A stretch of 33,569 nucleotides of DNA, taken from positions 1 through 33,569 of IMG/VR virus record IMGVR_UViG_3300045988_135277. One strand, written 5' to 3'. A program made the translations under genes and the position numbers. Numbering within the stretch: position 1 is the stretch's first letter; each line of letters opens with the position of its first letter. The notes below the pieces were generated by a model, which was not told the origin of the DNA, made no database searches, and was given only the letters and a program-made list of their open reading frames with translations. Shown here piece after piece: positions 7,815 to 17,251 of this stretch. This DNA comes from a virus. Taxonomy: Duplodnaviria; Heunggongvirae; Uroviricota; Caudoviricetes.

Positions 7815-8239
7815 TCGTGCTATTCCTTACGGACAATTTAAGACGTTTTTATTAAATCCTGTTCAATGTGTATGCGGGTGATTGCCACCGCTTACAATCT
7901 TCATAATTATCAGTTAGATAGACTCTCTAGTAAATAATTTCATTTTTTGCAATATTCTTGTTTAATATTTCAATTTATGAAATGAACTCTTTATCCTTTC
8001 AAGGCGAAAGGTTTCTTCTTCGGAAATATTTGCTCTCGTGTGACGTATAAAGACCTTTGATTTTCAAAAATCAGTAGGGAATAATATAGTTACTGTCGGC
8101 CTGAACACCCGGTGGTGGGGTTGCGCTAAACGGGGACGTTTATGCGCACATACAATCCAAACTCTCTTCTCCCTTCACAGATGCAGAAATGCACCTGCAA
8201 TTCTTTGCATCTAGCGTTTGACCTCTGCGGAGGTGAAGC

Positions 8240-8695
8240 GTGAACCTCCCACAAGACGGTATCAAATTGCATCGCGGTAACTTCACCGCTATCGGTCAGC
8301 AGATCCAGCCTTATCTGGAGGACGGAAAATGCTTTCGCATGGTGCTTAAACCGTGGCGCGAGAGACGCAGTCTTTCCCAGAATGCACTCAGCCACATGTG
8401 GTACAGCGAAATCAGCGAGTACCTCATCAGCAGGGGGAAAACGTTCGCTACTGCAGTATGGGTAAAAGATGCACTCAAACACACTTATCTCGGTTATGAA
8501 ACCAAAGAACTGGTTGATGTCGTAACCGGTGAAATCACCACCATTCAGTCATTACGTCATACCTCCGATCTCGATACCGGAGAGATGTATGTCTTCCTGT
8601 GTAAGGTTGAAGCCTGGGCGATGAATATTGGCTGCCACCTGACTATTCCGCAGAGCTGCGAGTTCCAGCTGCTGCGCGACAAGCAGGAGGCGTAA
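8240..8695 (+). CDS. NinB/YbcN-like protein (151 aa)
   Basis: GTG start with GGAGG RBS; motif [15 protein letters not shown] resembling the NinB family; gene order ybcN-ninE-ybcO-rusA-ylcG as in DLP12. Confidence 0.8.
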
Positions 8696-8865
8696 TGGCT
8701 ACACCGCTTATTCGTGTCATGAACGGACACATCTACAAAGTACCAAATCGTCGTAAGCGTAAACCTGAGCTGAAGCCATCCGAAATACCAACTCTGCTCG
8801 GATATACCGCCAGCCTGGTTGATAAAAAATGGTTGCGACTGGCAGCAAGGAGGAATCATGGCTGA
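8695..8865 (+). CDS. ninE: NinE-like small protein (56 aa)
   Basis: ATG overlaps upstream stop (TAATG); translation [56 protein letters not shown]; below ORF-track size cut-off. Confidence 0.6.
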   Translation: MATPLIRVMNGHIYKVPNRRKRKPELKPSEIPTLLGYTASLVDKKWLRLAARRNHG

Positions 8866-9148
8866 TTTGAGAAAAGCAGCGCGTGGTCGGGAATGCCAGG
8901 TAAGAATCCCTGGCGTATGTAATGGCAATTCTGAAACGTCTGTACTGGCACATATCCGGCTGGCTGGATTGTGCGGTACCGGTATCAAACCGCCAGACCT
9001 GATTGCCACCATCGCATGTTCTGCCTGTCACGACGAAATCGACCGCCGCACACATTTTGTCGATGCTGAGTATGCAAAAGAATGCGCGCTGGAAGGTATG
9101 GCGAGAACACAGGTTATCTGGCTGAAAGAGGGGGTTATTAAGGCGTGA
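8858..9148 (+). CDS. YbcO-like protein (96 aa, Cys-containing, DUF1364-type)
   Basis: ATG at 8858 with AGGAGG RBS; CxxC...CxxC motifs; sits directly upstream of rusA. Confidence 0.75.
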   Translation: MADLRKAARGRECQVRIPGVCNGNSETSVLAHIRLAGLCGTGIKPPDLIATIACSACHDEIDRRTHFVDAEYAKECALEGMARTQVIWLKEGVIKA

Positions 9149-9507
9149 ATACCTACAGCATCACATTACCCTGGCCTCCGAGCAATAATCGCTATTACCG
9201 CCATAATCGCGGGCGCACGCACGTCAGCGCAGAGGGGCAGGCATACCGCGATAACGTCGCCCGAATCATTAAAAACGCAATGCTGGATATCGGCCTGGCT
9301 ATGCCTGTGAAAATCCGCATTGAGTGCCACATGCCGGATCGCCGTCGCCGTGACCTGGATAATCTGCAAAAAGCCGCTTTTGACGCACTCACCAAAGCAG
9401 GTTTCTGGCTGGATGATGTTCAGGTCGTTGATTACCGTGTTGTGAAGATGCCCGTTACCAAAGGTGGGAAGCTGGAGCTGACCATCACTGAACTGGGGAA
9501 TGAATGA
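9145..9507 (+). CDS. rusA: RusA Holliday-junction resolvase
   Basis: 120-aa protein recognised as near-identical to E. coli RusA ([28 protein letters not shown]...). Confidence 0.95.
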   Translation: MNTYSITLPWPPSNNRYYRHNRGRTHVSAEGQAYRDNVARIIKNAMLDIGLAMPVKIRIECHMPDRRRRDLDNLQKAAFDALTKAGFWLDDVQVVDYRVVKMPVTKGGKLELTITELGNE

Positions 9508-9644
9508 TGTTTGAGTCTTATATGGCAGAACGTCTTCGCCACCGCTGGATGCGCCTGCGCTTATATCGTTTCCCCGGTTCTGTTTTGACCGATTACCGGA
9601 TACTGAAGAATTACGCCAAAACACTGAAAGGAGCTGCCGCATGA
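9504..9644 (+). CDS. ylcG: YlcG-like small protein (46 aa)
   Basis: Translation [46 protein letters not shown]; overlaps rusA stop and Q-like start. Confidence 0.55.
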   Translation: MMFESYMAERLRHRWMRLRLYRFPGSVLTDYRILKNYAKTLKGAAA

Positions 9645-10330
9645 ATACCCAATATTTACAGTATGTCCGCGAGCAACTCATTGTGGCTACTGCTGATTTG
9701 AGCGGAGCAACGAAAGGCCAGCTTGAAGCCTGGCTGGAGCATGCACAATTTGATACTGGTACATATAAACGAAAGAAGCCGCGCATTCTGGATGAGGTAA
9801 CGGGCAAGATGATTACGCTGGATAATCCGCCGATTTCCGGTAAGCAGTCGTACGCAAAAGGTTCATCCATTGCACTGGTCAGCCAGGTTGAGTTCTCAAC
9901 ATCTTCATGGCGCCGCGCGGTTCTGTCTCTCGAAGAACATCAGAAAGCGTGGTTGCTGTGGAGTTACAGCGAAATTGTTCGCTGGGAACATCAGGTCACC
10001 ATAACGCAGTGGGTATGGAACGAGTTTAAGGCTCTGTTAGGTACAAGAAAAATTGCCAGTAAGACACTGGAACGCTTAAAGAAGTTGATCTGGCTGGCGG
10101 CACAGGATGTGAAGAACGAGCTGGCAGGGCGTAAGACCTATGAATACCAGGAGCTGGCATCACTGGTGGGAGTGACATCAAAAAACTGGTCTGAGACATT
10201 TACTGAACGCTGGGTTGCAATGAAGCACATTTTTCTACAGCTTGATAGCCAAGCTTTATTGCTTTTAACGAAAACACGTTCAAAACAAAAGACGACATTT
10301 TCACAGCAAAGTATTGCAAAACTGGATTAA
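9641..10330 (+). CDS. late-gene antiterminator Q-like protein (229 aa)
   Basis: Position between rusA/ylcG and a tR'-like terminator plus lysis genes; family assignment by synteny, not by recognised motif. Confidence 0.6.
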   Translation: MNTQYLQYVREQLIVATADLSGATKGQLEAWLEHAQFDTGTYKRKKPRILDEVTGKMITLDNPPISGKQSYAKGSSIALVSQVEFSTSSWRRAVLSLEEHQKAWLLWSYSEIVRWEHQVTITQWVWNEFKALLGTRKIASKTLERLKKLIWLAAQDVKNELAGRKTYEYQELASLVGVTSKNWSETFTERWVAMKHIFLQLDSQALLLLTKTRSKQKTTFSQQSIAKLD

Positions 10331-10511
10331 AAAGCATATATTTCGTGTAAATCTGATATTTTGCCAATGTTGTACGCACTGGCAGTAATCCAAATTCAAG
10401 CTCGAGGTTTAAAGCCTTGGGCTTTTCTGTTTCTGGGCGGTGAGTATCCTTCCGACGTACCCCAGCCAGGGTGTCTTCAGCTGTTGAGTTGATATTGCTT
10501 AACCCTCTGTT

Positions 10512-10536
10512 GCCAGCTACATGCTGGCTTTTTTAT
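10512..10536 (+). terminator. tR'-like intrinsic terminator downstream of Q
   Basis: Stem GCCAGC/GCTGGC, loop TACAT, followed by TTTTTTATT. Confidence 0.6.
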
Positions 10537-10639
10537 TCCAGGCTTGCGGGGAGCATCAACTCCGTGCTTTGTCGTTAAATTACCCCGTGAGCCTGATTTC
10601 TGACATTTAACGTCCCGGCCTTTTGTCGGCGGCGAAACA

Positions 10640-10957
10640 TTGGCTATTCATATGCACGAAAAAGAGAGCCTTGCCGGAGCGTTCTGGCTCGTTTTGCTGA
10701 TCATCGCAGGTTGGGGCGGTCTGGTCCGCTACCTGATAGATGTGAAGCAGAGTAAAGCAACGTGGAGTTGGATAAATGCTCTGGCTCAGATAGTGGTATC
10801 AGGATTCACCGGTGTTATTGGTGGCCTGATCAGCATCGAAAGTGGATTCAGTATTTACATGATTCTCGCGACAGCGGGGATTAGTGGTGCGATGGGTTCG
10901 GTTGCACTGACGTACTTCTGGGAACGACTGATAGGGGTGAAAAATGCAAAATCTTAA
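10640..10957 (+). CDS. holin (3 predicted TM segments, dual-Met N-terminus)
   Basis: 105-aa hydrophobic protein immediately upstream of and overlapping the endolysin gene; MAIHMHEK N-terminus. Confidence 0.8.
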   Translation: MAIHMHEKESLAGAFWLVLLIIAGWGGLVRYLIDVKQSKATWSWINALAQIVVSGFTGVIGGLISIESGFSIYMILATAGISGAMGSVALTYFWERLIGVKNAKS

Positions 10958-11420
10958 TCCTCAGCGTAAGGCTTTCCTCGATATGGTGGCATGGTCAGAA
11001 GGAACGGATAACGGGCGACAACCGACACGTAATCACGGTTATGATGTTATTGTTGGCGGCGAACTGTTTACTGATTACTCTGATCACCCTCGCAAACTTG
11101 TCACGTTAAACCCCAAACTCAAATCAACAGCCGCCGGACGTTATCAGCTTCTTTCCCGTTGGTGGGATGCTTACCGTAAACAGCTTGGTTTGAAAGACTT
11201 CTCCCCCAAAAGCCAGGACGCAGTGGCATTGCAGCAGATTAAAGAGCGTGGCGCTTTACCTATGATTGATAGCGGCGATATTCGTCAGGCAATCGACCGT
11301 TGCAGCAATATATGGGCTTCATTACCCGGTGCAGGTTACGGTCAGTATGAACATAAAATCGGTGACCTGATTGCCCGATTTAAAGAGGCTGGTGGGGTGG
11401 TAAATGAAGTTGAGTTATAA
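10944..11420 (+). CDS. R: endolysin R (lambda-type lytic transglycosylase)
   Basis: 158-aa protein recognised as near-identical to lambda R (NQRKAFLDM.AWSEGTDNGRQ.TRNHGYDVIVGGELFTDYSDHPRKLV...). Confidence 0.95.
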   Translation: MQNLNPQRKAFLDMVAWSEGTDNGRQPTRNHGYDVIVGGELFTDYSDHPRKLVTLNPKLKSTAAGRYQLLSRWWDAYRKQLGLKDFSPKSQDAVALQQIKERGALPMIDSGDIRQAIDRCSNIWASLPGAGYGQYEHKIGDLIARFKEAGGVVNEVEL

Positions 11421-11796
11421 GCTGACTATCTCTGCTTTCTTCTTTACTGTTATTGGCTCTTTCATCTGGTCAGCGAATCACTACTACAGCAAATATCAGC
11501 ACGAAAAGAAACGTGCTGATGAGGCTGTACAAAATGCCAAATCGGCAACTGCCATTACCAATAACGTCCTGCAATCACTGCAAATCGTCAATACAGTACT
11601 GGAGGCTAACCAGCATGCAAAACAGCAGATCGCACTGGAGTCACAGAGAACCCAGGAAGATATCAAAATGGCTGTTGCGGATGATGATTGTGCTTCACGT
11701 GCTGTGCCTGCTGCCGCTGCTGACCGGTTGCGGAAGTACGCGGACAGTTTACGTGAGCGTTCCGGTGGCACCACTGCCACCCAGCCTGACTTCTGA
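11404..11796 (+). CDS. Rz-like inner-membrane spanin (i-spanin)
   Basis: N-terminal TM helix, coiled-coil periplasmic region; overlaps R stop; contains embedded +1 frame lipoprotein ORF. Confidence 0.8.
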   Translation: MKLSYKLTISAFFFTVIGSFIWSANHYYSKYQHEKKRADEAVQNAKSATAITNNVLQSLQIVNTVLEANQHAKQQIALESQRTQEDIKMAVADDDCASRAVPAAAADRLRKYADSLRERSGGTTATQPDF

Positions 11797-11938
11797 TACT
11801 CCTGTACCGTTTATACCTAATCCGCTGACGTATGGTGCCAGTCTGGAGCTGAATGTGAGTCTGTTGTCTGCGCTGGCTAACTGCAATCGGGATAAAGCTG
11901 ATATTCGTAAAATAGATGCAGAGAGAACTAACCATTAA
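11681..11938 (+). CDS. Rz1-like outer-membrane lipoprotein spanin (o-spanin)
   Basis: Starts inside Rz in another frame; signal peptide plus lipobox LLTGC; proline-rich mature region; extends past Rz stop. Confidence 0.7.
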   Translation: MMIVLHVLCLLPLLTGCGSTRTVYVSVPVAPLPPSLTSDTPVPFIPNPLTYGASLELNVSLLSALANCNRDKADIRKIDAERTNH

Positions 11939-11959
11939 GCAATAAAATTGTCAAATTAA

Positions 11960-12586
11960 TCAGTTGTCAAATGAATATACGTTAAAGGTATATGTCGACA
12001 TAATTTCACCAAGTACCTCAATACATACACTTTTTTTATGAAAATTACTGGGAAATGAACTTAGCTCCTCAAGACATTGCACATAAGTGCTGATATCACT
12101 TGCATCACGTTCAAGGAATTTCACTTGACCAAAAGAAGGAGTTTTAATCTTGGTTCTTTGCTGGATTATATGGATAAAGTGTGTAGTTGGTGAAACTATT
12201 ACTCTTGAAATATCGGAAATGATGTCTTCTTGAACTTGCCGATAAAGTAAATCCTTTGGGTAATGGTGTTTTATCTCGATGGTTGCAACATTGCCATTAT
12301 GTTCAGACGTTAATATCGACTGGTTATAAAGTGATATGTCAACAGCGCCGATACCGAGTTTTGGATGCTCACTTAAAGCAGTTAGTGTGCTGATTTGATT
12401 GAGTATAACAACTAACTCATCACGTATTTGTGTTTCATGTTTGCGATTGTAGAAGTAGCCATTCAGTTCATTTAACTTTTTATGCATCCTATCGTGACTA
12501 ATTGCTTCGATCAGTAAATCCTGAATCATACTTTTCTCTAGGTAATCCGAACGGTTGTAAGTGACAGTATTGTGCTGGCATGTCAT
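11960..12586 (-). CDS. hypothetical protein (208 aa; likely start at 12529)
   Basis: ORF track; antisense to the flanking lysis and packaging genes; AT-rich; purine-rich RBS before internal Met at 12529. Confidence 0.7.
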   Translation of the reverse strand: MTCQHNTVTYNRSDYLEKSMIQDLLIEAISHDRMHKKLNELNGYFYNRKHETQIRDELVVILNQISTLTALSEHPKLGIGAVDISLYNQSILTSEHNGNVATIEIKHHYPKDLLYRQVQEDIISDISRVIVSPTTHFIHIIQQRTKIKTPSFGQVKFLERDASDISTYVQCLEELSSFPSNFHKKSVCIEVLGEIMSTYTFNVYSFDN

Positions 12587-12629
12587 TAATATGTAAAGGT
12601 ATTGTGAATGCCAGAAAGATAACGAAGTA

Positions 12630-12983
12630 TCATCGATAGAAAAACTTTACAGCCCACTCGTAAACAGCTTTGTAAATCGGTTCATGGTAAATACTATCGA
12701 TACTATTCAGATGTGCGATCATCGCCTCCACAGTTGTAGTGGTTGTTTCTAATATTTCGATTATTGCAGGGCGGTCATCATCTTCATCGAAGTATTCGAA
12801 CAGCAGTACAGGTTTACCATGCAATTCAGCATCTGAGACTCTAAGGTTACAACTACCGCTCAACTCAAAGTGAATTTTGTAATTACCTTCTACAGAATGG
12901 CCTACGGGGAAAAAGTATAGGGTGTCATCTTTGTTCAAAAGCCATTCCCATTCATAACTATTCATTTGTGAACTCCTGTTCAT
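12630..12983 (-). CDS. hypothetical acidic protein (117 aa; likely start at 12965)
   Basis: ORF track; AGGAG RBS before the Met at 12965; upstream partner of 11960..12586 on the same strand. Confidence 0.65.
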   Translation of the reverse strand: MNRSSQMNSYEWEWLLNKDDTLYFFPVGHSVEGNYKIHFELSGSCNLRVSDAELHGKPVLLFEYFDEDDDRPAIIEILETTTTTVEAMIAHLNSIDSIYHEPIYKAVYEWAVKFFYR

Positions 12984-13115
12984 TGAGTTTCAACAACTAT
13001 CAACTACATCCAGCGAAGCATAAAAGATCGTTTATGGCAAAACCGGAATGGAGTGCGATTCGATTCTGAGAAGGGTGCCACGTATCGTACGCGAACCATC
13101 CAAGAGGATTATGCA

Positions 13116-13466
13116 ATGCCCCTACGAACCCCAAAAGCCTGCCGCGTTCGCGGCTGCCGTAATACCACTACAGACCCGTCAGGCTACTGCGAAAGCCACA
13201 AAAACGAAGGCTGGAAACAATACAAGCCGGGGCAATCTCGTCATCAGCGCGGTTATGGTTCGAAGTGGGATGTTATCCGCGCGCGTGTGCTGAAGCGTGA
13301 CAAAGGTTTATGTCAATTATGTCTGCATGCTGGTGTGGTGGGTGAGGCGAAAACCGTTGACCACATCATTCCCAAAGCGCATGGCGGCACCGATGCCGAC
13401 AGTAACCTGCAGAGTCTGTGCTGGCCGTGTCATAAGGCGAAGACGGCCCGTGAACGGCTGAAGTAA
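13116..13466 (+). CDS. HNH endonuclease (packaging-associated)
   Basis: ATG at 13116 with AAGAGGA RBS; motif CQLC...VDHIIPKAHGGTD..NLQSLCWPCH; adjacent to terminase genes. Confidence 0.85.
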   Translation: MPLRTPKACRVRGCRNTTTDPSGYCESHKNEGWKQYKPGQSRHQRGYGSKWDVIRARVLKRDKGLCQLCLHAGVVGEAKTVDHIIPKAHGGTDADSNLQSLCWPCHKAKTARERLK

Positions 13467-13492
13467 GAACCAGTTCCCATTGCCAGAGGGGA

Positions 13493-13552
13493 GGGGCGGG
13501 TCAAATCCCTGTGACCTGACGTCTTCCGGACTGCCCGCCCCATCGTTTTTTT
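13493..13552 (+). terminator. GC-rich hairpin followed by T-run (terminator-like; possibly near cos)
   Basis: GGGGCGGG (13493-13500) pairs with CCCGCCCC (13534-13541) across a 33-nt loop, followed by TTTTTTT. Confidence 0.4.
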
Positions 13553-13591
13553 ATACCCGCGAAAAATGAAATTTAACCAGGAGTGCCGCAT

Positions 13592-14086
13592 ATGGCTGGA
13601 ACGGCGGGGCGTTCCGGGCGTCGCCCCAAGCCAACGGCGCGCAAGGCGCTGGCCGGAAACCCCGGCAAGCGAGCCCTGAATAAAGATGAACCTGTTTTTA
13701 CGCCCATCAAAGGTGTTGAGCCACCGGAGTGGTTCGCTGAAGAAGATCTCCCTCTCGCCACGATCATGTGGCAATTGACAACTAAAGAACTTTGCGGTCA
13801 GGGCCTGCTGTGCGTGACTGACCTCGCGGTGCTTGAGCGGTGGTGTGTGGCCTATGAGTTCTGGCGACGTGCCGTGAAAAATATTGCCAGACAGGGCAAC
13901 ACCATCACCGGTGCAATGGGCGGTATGGTCAAAAATCCTGAACTGACCGCCAAAAAAGAACAGGAGTCCGAGATGAGCAGCACGGGGGCAATGCTCGGAC
14001 TCGACCCCAGCAGCCGCCAGCGTCTGATTGGCCTAGCGGGGCAGAAGAAAGCTACTAACCCGTTTCTGAAAATCATCGAATCATGA
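13592..14086 (+). CDS. terminase small subunit (P27-type)
   Basis: Basic N-terminus ([12 protein letters not shown]); directly upstream of and overlapping the large terminase; ATG at 13592 preferred over track start 13583. Confidence 0.8.
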   Translation: MAGTAGRSGRRPKPTARKALAGNPGKRALNKDEPVFTPIKGVEPPEWFAEEDLPLATIMWQLTTKELCGQGLLCVTDLAVLERWCVAYEFWRRAVKNIARQGNTITGAMGGMVKNPELTAKKEQESEMSSTGAMLGLDPSSRQRLIGLAGQKKATNPFLKIIES

Positions 14087-15816
14087 GCCGGAAATCTTAC
14101 CCCAACGTAAATGCTGCCAATCAGTATGCCCGGGATGTCTTTCGCGGAAAGATTGTGGCCTGCCAGTTTGTGATTCAGGCCTGCCAGCGCCATCTTGATG
14201 ACCTGATGGCGGAAAAAAGTAAGTCGTTTCGTTACCGCTTCGACAAGGACCTGGCTGAACGAGCCGCCAAATTTATTCAGCTGTTGCCGCACACCAAGGG
14301 TGAGTGGGCATTCAAGAGGATGCCCATCACGCTGGAGCCGTGGCAGCTCTTTGTGATCTGCTGTGCGTTTGGCTGGGTCAATAAAGGCTCCCGGCTGCGC
14401 CGCTTCCGGGAGGTGTATACCGAAATCCCCCGTAAGAACGGCAAATCGGCAATCTCTGCCGGTGTCGCCCTGTATTGTTTTGCCTGTGATAACGAGTTTG
14501 GCGCGGAAGTGTATTCCGGTGCCACGACAGAGAAACAGGCGTGGGAAGTCTTTCGCCCGGCGCGACTGATGTGTAAACGCACGCCCATGCTGACGGAAGC
14601 GTTCGGGATTGAGGTTAACGCCTCAAACATGAACCGTCCGGAGGATGGCGCGCGGTTTGAACCGCTGATCGGTAACCCCGGTGATGGATCATCACCCCAC
14701 TGTGCGGTGGTGGATGAATATCACGAGCACGCCACCGATGCGCTTTACACCACGATGCTTACCGGGATGGGGGCGCGACGTCAGCCACTGATGTGGGCCA
14801 TTACTACTGCCGGGTACAACATTGAGGGGCCGTGCTACGACAAGCGGCGGGAAGTCATCGAGATGCTCAACGGCTCGGTGCCCAACGATGAACTGTTCGG
14901 GATCATCTATACCGTTGATGAAGGTGACGACTGGACCGACCCGCAGGTGCTGGAAAAAGCCAATCCAAATATTGGCGTGTCGGTTTATCGCGAATTTTTG
15001 TTAAGTCAGCAGCAGCGTGCGAAAAATAACGCCCGTCTGGCAAACGTCTTTAAAACAAAACACCTCAATATCTGGGTGTCGGCGCGTTCGGCGTATTTCA
15101 ACCTGGTGAGCTGGCAGAGCTGCGAGGATAAATCACTGACCCTTGAGCAGTTCGAGGGGCAGCCGTGCATTCTGGCCTTTGACCTGGCGCGTAAGCTGGA
15201 TATGAACAGCATGGCGCGACTTTATACCCGCGAGATTGACGGTAAAACGCATTACTACAGTGTGGCCCCGCGTTTCTGGGTACCGTATGACACGGTGTAC
15301 AGCGTCGAGAAAAATGAAGATCGCCGGACAGCCGAACGCTTTCAGAAATGGGTGGAAATGGGCGTCCTGACCGTTACCGATGGTGCAGAGGTGGATTATC
15401 GCTACATCCTCGAAGAGGCCAAAGCAGCGAACAAAATCAGCCCGGTCAGCGAGTCACCCATCGACCCCTTCGGGGCGACCGGGCTGTCACATGACCTTGC
15501 TGATGAAGACCTGAATCCCATCACCATCATTCAGAACTACACCAACATGTCCGACCCGATGAAAGAGCTGGAAGCGGCAATTGAATCGGGGCGCTTTCAT
15601 CATGACGGCAATCCCATCATGACCTGGTGTATCGGCAACGTGGTCGGCAAAACCATTCCGGGTAACGATGATGTGGTGAAGCCCGTCAAAGAGCAGGCGG
15701 AAAACAAAATCGATGGTGCAGTTGCGCTGATTATGGCGGTTGGCAGAGCCATGCTGTATGAGAAAGAAGACACGCTGTCCGACCACATTGAGTCCTACGG
15801 GATCCGCTCGCTTTAA
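14083..15816 (+). CDS. terminase large subunit
   Basis: 577-aa protein in packaging position with ATPase-like and nuclease-like regions; followed by portal gene. Confidence 0.93.
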   Translation: MSRKSYPNVNAANQYARDVFRGKIVACQFVIQACQRHLDDLMAEKSKSFRYRFDKDLAERAAKFIQLLPHTKGEWAFKRMPITLEPWQLFVICCAFGWVNKGSRLRRFREVYTEIPRKNGKSAISAGVALYCFACDNEFGAEVYSGATTEKQAWEVFRPARLMCKRTPMLTEAFGIEVNASNMNRPEDGARFEPLIGNPGDGSSPHCAVVDEYHEHATDALYTTMLTGMGARRQPLMWAITTAGYNIEGPCYDKRREVIEMLNGSVPNDELFGIIYTVDEGDDWTDPQVLEKANPNIGVSVYREFLLSQQQRAKNNARLANVFKTKHLNIWVSARSAYFNLVSWQSCEDKSLTLEQFEGQPCILAFDLARKLDMNSMARLYTREIDGKTHYYSVAPRFWVPYDTVYSVEKNEDRRTAERFQKWVEMGVLTVTDGAEVDYRYILEEAKAANKISPVSESPIDPFGATGLSHDLADEDLNPITIIQNYTNMSDPMKELEAAIESGRFHHDGNPIMTWCIGNVVGKTIPGNDDVVKPVKEQAENKIDGAVALIMAVGRAMLYEKEDTLSDHIESYGIRSL

Positions 15817-15827
15817 CTGAGGTAATT

Positions 15828-16010
15828 ATGATCATGCTGATTCTCGCGCCTCTGGTGGGCGTGCTGGGGGTGCTTTTGCTGGCGTATGGTGCCTGGCTGA
15901 TTTATCCCCCGGCGGGGTTTGTTGTTGCCGGGGCGTTGTGCCTGTTCTGGTCGTGGCTGGTAGCGCGATATCTCGACCGTACACAGATGTCTGTTGGTGG
16001 AGGTAAATAG
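15828..16010 (+). CDS. small hydrophobic protein (60 aa)
   Basis: ORF track; two hydrophobic segments; fills the gap between terminase and portal. Confidence 0.45.
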   Translation: MIMLILAPLVGVLGVLLLAYGAWLIYPPAGFVVAGALCLFWSWLVARYLDRTQMSVGGGK

Positions 16011-17251
16011 TGTTCTTTTCGGGATTATTTCAACGAAAAAGTGACGCACCGGTGACCACGCCAGCAGAGCTGGTGGATGCTATCGGGCTGTCATACGACA
16101 CCTATACCGGAAAGCAGATCAGCAGCCAGAGGGCCATGCGACTGACGGCGGTTTTTTCCTGCGTCAGGGTGCTGGCGGAGTCGGTCGGGATGTTGCCCTG
16201 CAACCTGTATCACCTGAACGGCAGCCTGAAGCAGAGAGCCACTGGCGAACGTCTGCATAAGCTGATCTCCACGCATCCCAATGGCTATATGACGCCGCAG
16301 GAGTTCTGGGAGCTGGTGGCCACCTGTCTGTGCCTACGGGGAAACTTTTACGCCTACAAAGTGAAAGCATTTGGCGAAGTGGCTGAACTGCTGCCCGTCG
16401 ATCCCGGCTGTGTGGTACCGAAGCTTAACAGTAGCTGGGAGCCGGTCTATCAGGTCACATTCCCGGATGGCTCCACGGATGTACTGAGCCAGGAGGATAT
16501 CTGGCATGTGCGCACGCTGACGCTGGACGGACTGGTGGGGCTGAATCCCATCGCCTATGCCCGCGAGGCAATATCGCTGGCGGCAGCGACCGAAGAGCAC
16601 GGGGCCAGACTGTTCAGCAATGGCGCGGTGACGTCGGGTGTGTTGCGTACAGAGCAGACGCTGTCAGATCAGGCTTACGAGCGCCTGAAGAAAGATTTTG
16701 AGGAGCGTCACACCGGGCTTGGCAATGCTCACCGCCCGATGATCCTTGAGATGGGGCTGGACTGGAAGTCGATGGCGCTGAACGCCGAGGACAGCCAGTT
16801 CCTGGAAACCCGCAAGTTTCAACTTGAAGAAATCTGTCGTCTGTTCCGGGTACCGTTGCACATGGTGCAGAACACCGATCGCGCCACCTTCAACAATATC
16901 GAAGAACTGGGGCTCGGATTTATCAACTATTCACTGGTGCCGTATCTGACCCGCATTGAGCAGCGGATCAACACCGGACTGGTACGAAAAAGTAAGCAGG
17001 GTGTTTATTACGCCAAATTTAACGCCGGGGCGTTACTGCGCGGGGATATGAAGTCCCGTTTTGAAGCCTACGCCACCGGGATTAACTGGGGAATTTACTC
17101 TCCCAATGACTGCCGCGACCTGGAAGATATGAATCCGCGTCCCGGTGGTGATGTCTATCTCACACCGATGAACATGACCACGAAACCCTCCGATGGCAGT
17201 AAAGCCGGTAAGCAGAAGGATAACGCCAATGCAGACGAAACAACGTCTTGA
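16010..17251 (+). CDS. portal protein (HK97-type)
   Basis: 413-aa protein between terminase and prohead protease; GTG start with GGTGGAGG RBS. Confidence 0.9.
   Translation: MFFSGLFQRKSDAPVTTPAELVDAIGLSYDTYTGKQISSQRAMRLTAVFSCVRVLAESVGMLPCNLYHLNGSLKQRATGERLHKLISTHPNGYMTPQEFWELVATCLCLRGNFYAYKVKAFGEVAELLPVDPGCVVPKLNSSWEPVYQVTFPDGSTDVLSQEDIWHVRTLTLDGLVGLNPIAYAREAISLAAATEEHGARLFSNGAVTSGVLRTEQTLSDQAYERLKKDFEERHTGLGNAHRPMILEMGLDWKSMALNAEDSQFLETRKFQLEEICRLFRVPLHMVQNTDRATFNNIEELGLGFINYSLVPYLTRIEQRINTGLVRKSKQGVYYAKFNAGALLRGDMKSRFEAYATGINWGIYSPNDCRDLEDMNPRPGGDVYLTPMNMTTKPSDGSKAGKQKDNANADETTS

Noticed and set aside
8126-8482. Minus-strand 118-aa ORF overlapping the ninB-like start region
   Set aside because: Overlaps the well-supported ninB/ybcN-like gene and the intergenic promoter region; no RBS; likely spurious.
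13053-13115. Upstream extension of the HNH ORF (track start at 13053)
   Set aside because: The ATG at 13116 has a good RBS (AAGAGGA) and yields a typical-size HNH protein; the upstream extension lacks a ribosome-binding site.
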